This document shows, one piece after another, positions 30,235-39,453 of a stretch of 64,000 nucleotides of DNA (position 1 is its first letter; every line of letters starts with the position of its first letter). The translations under genes and the position numbers were made by a program. The notes beneath the pieces are model-generated. The model was not told where the DNA came from. It ran no database searches and was given only the letters and a program-made list of their open reading frames with translations. This DNA comes from an uncultured bacterium (lineage in GTDB: Bacteria; Patescibacteriota; Minisyncoccia; Phycocordibacterales; CAIZLB01), in assembly GCA_903864515.1 (NCBI GenBank), contig CAIPFZ010000018.1:17290-81289 (forward strand). Reading direction: 5' to 3'.

Positions 30235-30296
30235 AAAATATCGTAACTTTATAAAGTTACGATATTTTTGCTAAACTTTATAAAGTTTGATATGAT
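30235..30296 (+). promoter_or_regulatory. Twin palindromic operators and promoter of the HTH-Fic gene
   Basis: 34-bp perfect palindrome 30235-30268 and 16-bp palindrome 30273-30288 share the core AACTTTATAAAGTT. Promoter TTGCTA-17-TATGAT at 30268-30296. Confidence 0.75.
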
Positions 30297-30329
30297 GGTC
30301 TTGGTTTACTTATTTTACCAAACAAGTCT

Positions 30330-31283
30330 ATGAATATATCTAAAAAACTAGAAACAATACAAAAGACACTGGGTTTAACCCAAACCAAGCTTGCTGGGCA
30401 ACTTGGTGTTTCTTTCCCTACCCTTAACAGTTGGATTATTGGTAAAAGTATTCCTAGATTAAAAAAAGAAAAGATAATCAATGATTTGTTTCTAGAGGTT
30501 ACCGGCCAAAAGCAAATTCCAGAAGATGAATTAAATAAAAAAAGAAAAATTTTGCAGTATAAAACACTCGGGTATAAAAGCGTTTTGCGTGAAATTATAG
30601 ATAATCCCGACATTAGAGATCAGTTCATTCTAAAATTGACATATCACAGCAATGGTATTGAAGGTAGCACCTTAACTGAACCTGATACTGCTAATATACT
30701 GTTTAATAATATTGCTATATCTGAAAAAACATTAATGGAGCATATGGAAGCCAAAAATCATCAAACTGCTTTGTTGTATTTGTTTGATTATCTACTACAA
30801 AAGCAAAAGATAAATGAAGATCTGATACTTAAACTACACGGTATTTTAATGAATGGGATAATACCAAATGCTGGGGTGTATCGTAATCACGCTGTCAGAA
30901 TTGTTGGTGTAAACTTACCAACCTCAAACTATCTAAGTATTAAGAAAAATATTCAAGAATTGATAAGGTTTTCCGATGATTTTCTAAGTAAAAAAGATTT
31001 TAATATAATTTCTTTCTCGGCTATATTTCATAGCAAGTTTGAACAAATTCACCCCTTTTCTGATGGAAATGGAAGAATTGGACGTTTGCTTTTAAATGCC
31101 TTTTTACTTAAAGACAATATGGCGCCGGCTGTCATTAGACAAGAAAAGAAGCAGTTATATTATACATACTTATATAAATCTCAAATTAAAGAGGAATACA
31201 GTCAGTTTGAAGACTATCTTTGTGATGCAATCATGGCGGGCTTTACAATCTTAGAAAGAGAAGATGGGGAGTGGTATCTTTAA
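30330..31283 (+). CDS. XRE-HTH-fused Fic family protein (class II AMPylase-type)
   Basis: N-terminal HTH (LTQTKLAGQLGVSFPTLNSW), inhibitory motif SNGIEG, Fic motif HPFSDGNGRIGR. Confidence 0.92.
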   Translation: MNISKKLETIQKTLGLTQTKLAGQLGVSFPTLNSWIIGKSIPRLKKEKIINDLFLEVTGQKQIPEDELNKKRKILQYKTLGYKSVLREIIDNPDIRDQFILKLTYHSNGIEGSTLTEPDTANILFNNIAISEKTLMEHMEAKNHQTALLYLFDYLLQKQKINEDLILKLHGILMNGIIPNAGVYRNHAVRIVGVNLPTSNYLSIKKNIQELIRFSDDFLSKKDFNIISFSAIFHSKFEQIHPFSDGNGRIGRLLLNAFLLKDNMAPAVIRQEKKQLYYTYLYKSQIKEEYSQFEDYLCDAIMAGFTILEREDGEWYL

Positions 31284-31346
31284 AATCTAAACAGACCAAA
31301 AAAAGGGGGGGTGCCTAATGCGTATTCTTTATTGATGGCAAAATTG

Positions 31347-31419
31347 TCCGCTCGGTAGGAATCGAACCTACGACCCTCTGCTTAAAAGGCAGGTGCTCTA
31401 CCGACTGAGCTACGAGCGG
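31347..31419 (-). tRNA. tRNA-Lys(TTT), CCA not encoded
   Basis: Cloverleaf with loop CT-TTT-AA and GTTCGATTC T-arm; followed by CAA. Confidence 0.93.
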
Positions 31420-31511
31420 ATATATTTGATGTAAATTAGGTACGAAATACTTATTCAGCTTTCTTGTACGTATTATCAAATAATGTTAAAACTATATCAA
31501 AAAAACAAGAA

Positions 31512-32117
31512 ATGTCTAATGCTAATAACGAAAAAACTAAAAAAGACCATAATTTAATGGGTACTTCAAATAAAAAAGCTATAAATAAGCTTAGTTTTAA
31601 CGCCGTTGTTGTTTTGCCTGACATAAGAAGTGCCCATAATGTCGGGTCTGTTTTTAGGACGGCCGATGCTGCTGGGGTAAAAAGAATATATATATCTGGT
31701 TATACTCCAACACCATTGAATAAATTTAATAAACCCCAACCCCAAATTGCTAAGACTGCCTTGGGGGCAGAAAAGACTATTGCGTGGGAATATTTTGAAA
31801 GTCACATTACTTTATTAAATAAATTAAAAAAAGAAGGCTTTAAAATTATTGCAGTAGAGCAGACAAATAATTCAATAAATTATAAGAGTTTAAGTCTGGA
31901 GGGTTTGTTTAATGATGTAAACAAAAAAACTATAGATAAAAAGACTGGAGCGGAGGGTTTGCCCATAGCTTTTGTTTTTGGAAATGAGGTTCTAGGGCTG
32001 CCTAAAAAGATTTTAGATAAGGTTGATGTTTGTATTGAGTTACCAATGAATGGAATGAAAGAATCATTAAATGTTTCAGTAACAGCTGGAATTGTCTTGT
32101 TTCAATATTTAGTTTGA
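31512..32117 (+). CDS. TrmH/SpoU family RNA methyltransferase
   Basis: NVGSVFRTADAAG, FGNEVLG, ESLNVSV motifs. Confidence 0.92.
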   Translation: MSNANNEKTKKDHNLMGTSNKKAINKLSFNAVVVLPDIRSAHNVGSVFRTADAAGVKRIYISGYTPTPLNKFNKPQPQIAKTALGAEKTIAWEYFESHITLLNKLKKEGFKIIAVEQTNNSINYKSLSLEGLFNDVNKKTIDKKTGAEGLPIAFVFGNEVLGLPKKILDKVDVCIELPMNGMKESLNVSVTAGIVLFQYLV

Positions 32118-33133
32118 TGATTCTCACAATAGTGAGTACTTCTGCCTCCAACTACAATTCTTTTGATTGTATATTTTAAGACTTCTTTTGTCTTGCCTGT
32201 TTCTGTCTTGCTTAACCTCTTGCATTCCGTTTTGCTGCACAACTCTCCCTTCTTTCTATAAACATTGTGCTGTTCTTGAAAAGATCCTTTTTCTCCATCT
32301 ATATTTCTATAATCAGACATTGAGTCTCCTCCAAAGTCTATTCCATTTGTTAAAACAGTTAAAATGGATTGAAAAAGTTTTTTAAGCGCATGTTGCGGAA
32401 TGTTTCTAACAATACTTTCTGGGTGAATATTTGAAAGCCAAAGTGCTTCATCGGAATAAATATTACCAATACCTGCAATTATTGTTTGATCCAATAGTAC
32501 TGTCTTAATTTTACCATTTGGTTTTTTATTAATTTGATCTTTAAATATTTCAAAATTAAATTCCTTGTTTAAAGGCTCTGGTCCAAGATGGGCTAAATCA
32601 GAGGAGTGAAATAATTTATCTGTTTTTATAACAGTAACTTTTGCAAACTTTCTAGTGTCAGATAAGACTAGTTTGCACCTCTCAGTGAATTCTGATTTTT
32701 TATGCAGTAAACTGAGGCTAAAAACAAGCCTTATGTGAGAATTGAATGGATCGTTCAAGGCTTGATTGTTAGTATTTGTTGGTTTCCATGGGTCATCTGA
32801 CTTAATGGATGTGGCTTTACTCCTTGTTTTTGAGGAAATGCTTGTATTTGTATATTCTCCAAACATTAAGTGACCAGTCATTTTCATGTGAATAAGAATA
32901 GTTTCCTTGTTGTCTAGATTTATTAAAATATTTTTTGCTCTACGTTCTGCATTTATAATTTTTGCTCCAATAATTCTGTTTTTGAATTCTGTGAAAAACT
33001 TCGGATCTTTAATATTCTCCTTCGATTTATAATATGGACTATTATAAATACTCCAGACATCAATTATCTTTGCGCCTTTTACTTTTTTATTTAAACCATT
33101 AACGGTTGTTTGTACTTCTGGTAATTCTGGCAT
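32102..33133 (-). CDS. mutM: Formamidopyrimidine-DNA glycosylase
   Basis: MPELPEV, HMKMTG, AGIGNIYSDE, C-terminal zinc finger. Confidence 0.96.
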   Translation of the reverse strand: MPELPEVQTTVNGLNKKVKGAKIIDVWSIYNSPYYKSKENIKDPKFFTEFKNRIIGAKIINAERRAKNILINLDNKETILIHMKMTGHLMFGEYTNTSISSKTRSKATSIKSDDPWKPTNTNNQALNDPFNSHIRLVFSLSLLHKKSEFTERCKLVLSDTRKFAKVTVIKTDKLFHSSDLAHLGPEPLNKEFNFEIFKDQINKKPNGKIKTVLLDQTIIAGIGNIYSDEALWLSNIHPESIVRNIPQHALKKLFQSILTVLTNGIDFGGDSMSDYRNIDGEKGSFQEQHNVYRKKGELCSKTECKRLSKTETGKTKEVLKYTIKRIVVGGRSTHYCENHQTKY

Positions 33134-33203
33134 TTTTGACGATTACTGTATCTTGAATAATAAAGAAATGTGGTGAGATGGTGGGGGGGGAGAAAAAAGG
33201 AGT

Positions 33204-33821
33204 TTAACTCAATACTTTAAGAGTTGCTTTAAGTATTGTACTTATGTCCTTCGTGTCTCTAATTTCCTTGGAAACATTCTCAAGCGCTTCTCTTGCTTCG
33301 CGCTGAGTATAACCTAATGCCTTAAGTGCTTCAAGTGCCTCCACTTCAATACCCCTATTTTGTTTGTTGTTTGATATTATTCCACCCTCAATTGAATCGT
33401 CATCCATATCACCCAATATCTTACCTTTTAATTCCATAACAATCTTTTCTGCGATTTTCTTACTTATCCCAGATACATTTGTTAAGTATGAAATATCTTG
33501 AGAGACAATAGCTTGTCTAAGATTTTGAGTATTAGCAAGTCCTAAAATATTCAAAGCAGATTTAGGCCCTATACCAGAAACACTAAGCAGGAGATTGAAA
33601 AAGTCTAATGAGTTTTTGTTTTTGAAGCCGTAGAGGTCTATTGCATCATCTTTGACAACGGTGTGAATCCAGATATCGACATGAGAAATACCTTCTGTTT
33701 CTGCAATAAAATCAGGGGTGGTGTAAACTTTATAACCCACACCGTTTTGATCGTTTCCTGTGTTTACGATCAAAAACTTCAAATCCCTATAAATAATGTC
33801 TCCTTTTAGGTATCCAATCAT
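33204..33821 (-). CDS. ruvA: Holliday junction DNA-binding subunit RuvA
   Basis: MIGYLKG, GVGY, LYGF, VSGIGPKSA, ALKALGY. Confidence 0.96.
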   Translation of the reverse strand: MIGYLKGDIIYRDLKFLIVNTGNDQNGVGYKVYTTPDFIAETEGISHVDIWIHTVVKDDAIDLYGFKNKNSLDFFNLLLSVSGIGPKSALNILGLANTQNLRQAIVSQDISYLTNVSGISKKIAEKIVMELKGKILGDMDDDSIEGGIISNNKQNRGIEVEALEALKALGYTQREAREALENVSKEIRDTKDISTILKATLKVLS

Positions 33822-33923
33822 GTGCGCATTATAGCATATTTTATTATGGTGATTTGGTAAAAGTGATATATTTTATTGTGTAGTTGTCAAAAAACAACTT
33901 TTCTGCTATTGTTTGCAATACAT

Positions 33924-34184
33924 ATGCCAATAACCCAATCAGCAAAAAAAGCACTTAGAGGCTCAGAGAGAAAGAGAGTTGTTAATGTTCGTCGTAAGAA
34001 GAAGGTAGACATAGCTGTTAAGGCTGTTAAGACTCTTACTTCAACAGACAAAGCTACTGCTCAAACAGCTCTATCTAAGGCTTACAAGGAATTAGACAAG
34101 GCTGCAAAGAACGGTCTTATAAAGAAAGGCGCAGCAGACAGAAAGAAGTCAAGATTAAGTAAAATGGTTAAGAAGTTAAGTTAA
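33924..34184 (+). CDS. rpsT: 30S ribosomal protein S20
   Basis: MPITQSAKKALR...LDKAAK...AADRKKSRL. Confidence 0.96.
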   Translation: MPITQSAKKALRGSERKRVVNVRRKKKVDIAVKAVKTLTSTDKATAQTALSKAYKELDKAAKNGLIKKGAADRKKSRLSKMVKKLS

Positions 34185-34201
34185 TTAAATAGATTAATTT
34201 A

Positions 34202-34239
34202 TCAACAAAAAATACCTCATCTGAGGTATTTTTTGTTGA
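34202..34239. terminator. Bidirectional intrinsic terminator
   Basis: tcaacaaaaaatacctca-tc-tgaggtattttttgttga. Confidence 0.85.
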
Positions 34240-34244
34240 GGGGA

Positions 34245-34946
34245 TTAAATAAGGGGGTCTTGCTTAAGATCCTTTGGATCTACATCATCAATATTCTTAT
34301 TATCTCCCAGTATTGTAGGGTGTTCTTTAACAATCGGCTCTGTTGTTAAGGGGACTGCGTTTCCATCCTTCTTTACCAATATGTGATGATGGGGGTTTGG
34401 TCCATTTTCTTCCTTCTGCTCCTCCTCCAATATTAGTTCCATAATAACGTCCTTAACTCTTTGAGGATTAGAAATCTGTTCAAAGAAGAATTTATTATCC
34501 TTTCCTGCAGTTTGTATCTCTATTACTCCATAATTGAAAAAAGTCGGTATTAAACCTTGAACTTTATAAGAAACGTCTTGTATTTTATCCAATTGTAATT
34601 CAGCAACTCTTCTGTTGAAAAAACCAGTCTGTAAACTGTCCACAACCCTCTCTGTTGTGACAATCCAGTTGTCTAGCGTATACATCGTAATTACATAAAA
34701 TAGCCAAAACCATAGGAATAGATAATAGGTAATCCAAAGAAAGGAGTAGATTGCTATTAAGTCATATTTAACAATTATAGAGCTAAAAGCAACTAGAAAA
34801 ACAAAGGGTAGGAATACAAAAAAGCCAATAAGTAGTATTTTTGCGGTAAGAGTAATCCAGTGTCTGTGTAAAACGAGAATAACATCTTCCTCCTCCTCTT
34901 TTCCCTCAAAAAACCAATTGTGTTTTTTTAATATTACTTTAGGCAT
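34245..34946 (-). CDS. Membrane protein with bacterial PH (bPH_2/YdbS-like) domain
   Basis: Two TMs, then IVTTERVVD...IQDVS...NYGVIEIQTAG. Confidence 0.8.
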   Translation of the reverse strand: MPKVILKKHNWFFEGKEEEEDVILVLHRHWITLTAKILLIGFFVFLPFVFLVAFSSIIVKYDLIAIYSFLWITYYLFLWFWLFYVITMYTLDNWIVTTERVVDSLQTGFFNRRVAELQLDKIQDVSYKVQGLIPTFFNYGVIEIQTAGKDNKFFFEQISNPQRVKDVIMELILEEEQKEENGPNPHHHILVKKDGNAVPLTTEPIVKEHPTILGDNKNIDDVDPKDLKQDPLI

Positions 34947-34948
34947 GA

Positions 34949-35218
34949 TTATTGTGTTTTTTGTTTAAAATTATTTAAGATGACACTATTTTCCTTTATG
35001 AAAGTACTTTCACTTCCAAACATTTTTTTAAAGTCTATTTGAGTAAAGAGCATGAAGCTAAGCATACTGAGAATGATGGATCCGGCTAAAAATACAGCCA
35101 CAATTTTCTTTGGCCAAGATGTAATGCCATATTTAAGAAGGTGATACACTATAAAGAAAGCGCCCAACCAATACACAGCTAGGTATATTACTGGGATTGA
35201 AAGCATTATCTTGTTCAT
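34949..35218 (-). CDS. Small membrane protein
   Basis: 89 aa, two TM helices, extended -10 six nt upstream. Confidence 0.7.
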   Translation of the reverse strand: MNKIMLSIPVIYLAVYWLGAFFIVYHLLKYGITSWPKKIVAVFLAGSIILSMLSFMLFTQIDFKKMFGSESTFIKENSVILNNFKQKTQ

Positions 35219-35345
35219 GGAAGTATTTTATCACAGATAAAAATCTTTTGCCTTGAATGCCTATTGTTCTTGATTGGCTTATGTGCCAAATTCTTTAATG
35301 GGGTAGGCGTATGCTAATTGCAGTAATTAGACCTATCTTATAAAT

Positions 35346-35420
35346 TGGTGCTCCCGGTAGGAATCGAACCTACATTTTAACTTCCGCAAAGTCATGTCCT
35401 ATCCATTGAACGACGAGAGC
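35346..35420 (-). tRNA. tRNA-Arg(GCG)
   Basis: Cloverleaf, anticodon loop TT-GCG-GA, encoded CCA. Confidence 0.9.
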
Positions 35421-35447
35421 AATACCATAAAAAGTACCACAGATTTG

Positions 35448-35930
35448 CTAAAAACCCAAATTTTCTAGTATAAGTTGAGAAAGTGACTCCTCCATCTCCT
35501 TTTCAAGTAGATTATACAACAAAAAATCTCTAATCTCATGAGTCTCTATTCCATCAATTGGAATTATCAATAATGGGACAAGTGACTTTCTAGACTTAAT
35601 TAAAAGCTGAGACATTCTACCGTGTTCCTCATTATCTTGAACCCAAAATGACTCAAGAGTAGCGTAAGGGTAGAGTTTGTTACCAATTCTAACTCCCATT
35701 CTATTTAATTCAAATATAGTTAATTTAGGATGTCTAGACCCTACAATAGCAAGAGATATACCAATAACTATTAAAAGAATTCCAAATAGATAATTACCAA
35801 ATATAATAGAAAGAAAGGATGCTGTAACAATTAGTATTCCAAGAGACCAATACCAGTCTTTACTTTTCTCACGATGCTCATGCTCGTAAGTTTCCCAGGT
35901 TATTGATTTGACTTGTGATTCATCGTTCAT
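35448..35930 (-). CDS. Conserved hypothetical membrane protein (two TMs plus PH-like domain)
   Basis: W..YEHEHREKSKDWYW motif, two TMs, LESFW. Confidence 0.75.
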   Translation of the reverse strand: MNDESQVKSITWETYEHEHREKSKDWYWSLGILIVTASFLSIIFGNYLFGILLIVIGISLAIVGSRHPKLTIFELNRMGVRIGNKLYPYATLESFWVQDNEEHGRMSQLLIKSRKSLVPLLIIPIDGIETHEIRDFLLYNLLEKEMEESLSQLILENLGF

Positions 35931-35974
35931 AATTAAAATAATTATATCACTCGATTAATGATATTGCTATATCA

Positions 35975-36519
35975 TTAAAATTTATCTTGAAACGGAATAT
36001 CTATAAGCTTCTCGTACTTCCCACCAGAAATCTTTTTTTCATATACTCTTATAAAAGAAACTTTAAATTTAGGTAGTTTTAACAATTTGTCTTTCGCCCC
36101 TTCCTTTACTAATAATAGTTCTTGAGATGTCATCCCCCATGACGTTCCAGCTAGTGTGAGGTGAAAATGATAATTAGCACCCTCAAAATATTTTTTAGTT
36201 AATTCGTCACCAGGCTTAATTGTATTCATAAGTATTTTATGAAGGTCTGATAATTCCCTTGTGGGTGAAGGGGTTAGAAAGACAACGTTTTCTCCAAAAT
36301 TACCAACATCAACCATTGATATGTGAAAATTAGGATAACCCTGAACTGCTTTTTTAACAGAAGAAATCCAGCCCTTATCTTCAGATAATCCACCTTGAGC
36401 TTTAACTGTAATGTGAGGCTCTACCATTAGGGGACTTTATTGTTTGGAAAACTTTTTTGAAAGCTCACAATCTTTTCTTTAATATCATCTGGTAATGGAA
36501 TTCCAATAAAATACTGCAT
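35975..36519 (-). pseudogene. 2H phosphoesterase / 2'-5' RNA ligase-like gene split by a frameshift
   Basis: HITV and HLTL 2H motifs lie in ORF 35975..36427. The N-terminal MQYFIGIPLP... is encoded from ATG 36519 in another frame that ends at CCC-TAA. Confidence 0.7.
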
Positions 36520-36715
36520 TTTAGTTTAATTAATTTGATGCTTTAATATTTAGATAAACAGGATAACCCTCACATATCAAGTCTTCAATGGGTACATATT
36601 AACATGTTTAAACTAAGTTGTCTGAGATGTGTGTTTTGCGATTATCTAGTTAATTTTAAGTATTCTTGTTAATATATTCACCAGAGACAGTAAACCATCA
36701 ACCTGAAAGGAAAAA

Positions 36716-37087
36716 ATGAAAACGTTTTTGTACAGACTGATATCAATTAGGAACGGAAACAAGGATGGGGTGTGGGTTTTGGGAGGAACCCTCTATTACC
36801 ATCATCAACTTCTCCTCGTGATAGAGGCTGATGATGCAGAACAAGCAGCAAAAGCTTTGGGTACTAAGATTGTTGGTTCGTTTGATCGTTCGCGTGCAAA
36901 TCTTCCAACGGTGTATTACACTGGTATTTCTCATGAAAACCAAGATCGTGCTTCCAATCACAAAGAAGGGTGTTTCTTTCTGTCACTTAAGGAATTGGAG
37001 CCGGGTGATGAATCTACGCATCCTGACTTAGTTGAGAAGACACACCTCAAGGTTACAGCACCAAGAGCAGTGCGGGTTGTCGCCTGA
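36716..37087 (+). CDS. Orphan hypothetical protein
   Basis: 123 aa with SD-like aaagga upstream and a strong hairpin downstream. Confidence 0.55.
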   Translation: MKTFLYRLISIRNGNKDGVWVLGGTLYYHHQLLLVIEADDAEQAAKALGTKIVGSFDRSRANLPTVYYTGISHENQDRASNHKEGCFFLSLKELEPGDESTHPDLVEKTHLKVTAPRAVRVVA

Positions 37088-37114
37088 TTTACACAAACAA
37101 CCTGTATAAACAAC

Positions 37115-37143
37115 AGCCCCGTCGCACTTCGTGCGACGGGGCT
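37115..37143. terminator. GC-rich hairpin between convergent orphan gene and tRNA-Ser
   Basis: agccccgtcgcac-ttc-gtgcgacggggct, 13-bp perfect stem. Confidence 0.7.
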
Positions 37144-37164
37144 AAGTCATGTTTATTGTATCGG

Positions 37165-37251
37165 CGGAGGAGGTGAGATTCGAACTCACGGTCCCCGTAA
37201 AGAGACTCTTGTTTTCAAGACAAGTGCATTAGACCACTCTGCCACTCCTCC
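37165..37251 (-). tRNA. tRNA-Ser(TGA), CCA not encoded
   Basis: Loop CT-TGA-AA, long variable arm, G discriminator, followed by CCG. Confidence 0.93.
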
Positions 37252-37374
37252 GTGTTTGTCATATTAGCAAAAATAAGGAAAAAAACAATAGACCACTTAA
37301 ACTATTAATTCTAAGTGATGTTTAATCAGTTTAATTAGCCATAAATCATTCTTTTTGCTAGACTAACTGTACTT

Positions 37375-38253
37375 ATGAATAAAGCTGTCTCTGAAATTAA
37401 AAAGAGAATAATAGGCCTAGATTTTGGCTCAAAAAGAATTGGAGTTGCTCTTTCTGATGAGCTTGGTTTGTTGGCTTTTCCTTTGTGTGTGGTGCCAGGT
37501 TTTGGACATGACACAGATAAAAGAGAGGAGAGAATGAGTCAAACAGAAAAGGAAGTATTATCGATATTAAAAGAGAAGGAGATTGATACTGTAATAATTG
37601 GACATTCCGTTGATCTGAAGGGTTTTGATAATACAATAATGACGGACGCTAGAATATTTGGTTCAAAACTTGAGAGCTACGGCTTTAAGATAGTTTATGA
37701 GCCAGAACTATTTTCAACTGTCCAAGCGACAAAAATTCAAGGAGAGAACAAAAACGCTGACGCATCTGCAGCTGCTATCATTTTACAAAGTTATTTAGAT
37801 AGAATAAAATTTAAAAATATGAATACACAATCACAAGATTTGGGAACAAGTTCCGATAATTTAAACAATACAGAATCGACAGAAGCTCCAAAGGGTGAAT
37901 CAAAGAGTGAAGTAAAAAGCACACCAGAATATATAACAATTGATGATTTTATTAAGGTAGAAATTAAGATTGGTGAAATTATGACCGCTGAGACAGTTGA
38001 AGGTTCTGATAAGTTATTAAAGCTCTCAGTGGACTTTGGTGAAGAAAAACCAAGGCAGGTTTTGTCTGGAATTGCTAAATATGTTGAAATAGAAGAGTTG
38101 ATAGGAAAAAAATTTCCCTTTGTCACAAATCTTGCACCTAGGAAGATGATGGGACAAGAAAGTCAGGCTATGATTTTGGCAGGAAGTCATGAGAATGATC
38201 TTGCTCTACTTAATCCAAGTAAGGATTTACCGAATGGAACGAAGTTAAAATAA
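37375..38253 (+). CDS. YqgF/RuvX nuclease fused to a tRNA-binding OB domain (MetRS-C/Trbp111/CsaA-like)
   Basis: N-term IIGLDFGSKRIGVALSD...ADASAAAIILQSYLD; C-term ITIDDFIKVEIKIG...DKLL...RQVLSGI...NLAPRKMMGQESQAMIL. Confidence 0.88.
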   Translation: MNKAVSEIKKRIIGLDFGSKRIGVALSDELGLLAFPLCVVPGFGHDTDKREERMSQTEKEVLSILKEKEIDTVIIGHSVDLKGFDNTIMTDARIFGSKLESYGFKIVYEPELFSTVQATKIQGENKNADASAAAIILQSYLDRIKFKNMNTQSQDLGTSSDNLNNTESTEAPKGESKSEVKSTPEYITIDDFIKVEIKIGEIMTAETVEGSDKLLKLSVDFGEEKPRQVLSGIAKYVEIEELIGKKFPFVTNLAPRKMMGQESQAMILAGSHENDLALLNPSKDLPNGTKLK

Positions 38254-38327
38254 AAGTAAATTAAAGTTATTTAATTTTACACAAATAATCATAACAAAAT
38301 CTTTTTGTTATGATAGAATAGTAGTAC

Positions 38328-39452
38328 ATGTCACATTTAGATTTTCTAAATAAATATTTTCCAACACCACATTATCTGGAGATGTCACACGCTGGTGTGG
38401 ATATTAGTTCATCGTCTGTTCACGTGTCTGAATTGATTAGAACATCTAAGGGGTTGAGACTGAAATATTGTGCTGAAGAAAATCTCGCTTCTCCAATTCT
38501 TCCAAATGAATCTTTAATTTCTAACAAAAATCTGATTGAAGTCATGAAGAATATTCAAAAGAAGTATAAGTTAAAGTTTGTTGAAGTCTCTATTCCGGAG
38601 GAAAAAGCGTATTTGTTTACAATAGAGGTGGTTGATGGAACAAAGGAAGAAATTAGAAATAGAATAGAGATGCACCTTGAAGAAAACGTTCCAATATCTA
38701 TAGATGACGCTGTGTTTGATTACCATAGAATAAAGAAAAATGAAAATACGGGTATGCAGTTTTTGGCCGTATCTGTTGTTCCTACGGTTGTTATAAATGA
38801 ATATATAGAACTATTTGAATCATGTGGAATGTTTCCAATATCCTTTTTGATTGAAAACCAGGCGCTATCAAGAGCTATTGTTAAGAGGGGAGACAGAGAA
38901 AATTATCTTATAATAAACGTTGGTCACAAGAGTACTGTACTCTCTATTGTAAATGATGAAACTGTGCAGTTTACATCTACAATAACCCTTGGATCTGAGG
39001 ATTTTACTAATGCAGTAATGCAGGCGACATCTTTTGATAAAGATCAATCTTCTGTCTTAAAGTATGAAAAAGGATTCTCAAGGGATAAAGAAAATGAAGT
39101 TATATCAAACGCTTTAATTGGTACAGCAAATATATTGGTCAGTGAAATTAGAAAGGTTCTTATGTACTGGAATGGTATGAATAGTTCCAAGATAATTGAA
39201 AACAGTATATCTGAATTATCTAGGCAAGTACCCCAATCTTCTGTTGGTGTAAAAAAAGTATTGATTGCAGGAAAGGAGGCTGGTATTTCTGGATTCAGAG
39301 ATTTCTTGGCAATTTCACTTAAAACGCCGGTTGAAATTGCAAATGTGTGGACAAACATACTGTCCTTTGAAGATAGTATTCCAGATATATCCATGAAGGA
39401 ATCATTAAGTTACGGCGTTTCCTTTGGGCTAGCTTTATTAAAAGATCAATAA
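38328..39452 (+). CDS. pilM: Type IV pilus assembly protein PilM
   Basis: Actin-like fold motifs (GVDISSSSV, EENVPIS, INVG, YGVSFGLAL). Confidence 0.85.
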   Translation: MSHLDFLNKYFPTPHYLEMSHAGVDISSSSVHVSELIRTSKGLRLKYCAEENLASPILPNESLISNKNLIEVMKNIQKKYKLKFVEVSIPEEKAYLFTIEVVDGTKEEIRNRIEMHLEENVPISIDDAVFDYHRIKKNENTGMQFLAVSVVPTVVINEYIELFESCGMFPISFLIENQALSRAIVKRGDRENYLIINVGHKSTVLSIVNDETVQFTSTITLGSEDFTNAVMQATSFDKDQSSVLKYEKGFSRDKENEVISNALIGTANILVSEIRKVLMYWNGMNSSKIIENSISELSRQVPQSSVGVKKVLIAGKEAGISGFRDFLAISLKTPVEIANVWTNILSFEDSIPDISMKESLSYGVSFGLALLKDQ

Positions 39453-39453
39453 A

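Noticed and set aside
30278-30613. Antisense ORF as a possible Fic antitoxin
   Set aside because: Shadow of the HTH region; the Fic protein already carries its own inhibitory motif.
31304-33192. Isolated poly-G runs (about 31304-31312 and 33183-33192) as phase-variation tracts
   Set aside because: Intergenic, not within a coding frame or an identifiable promoter spacer; single runs cannot form an intramolecular G4.
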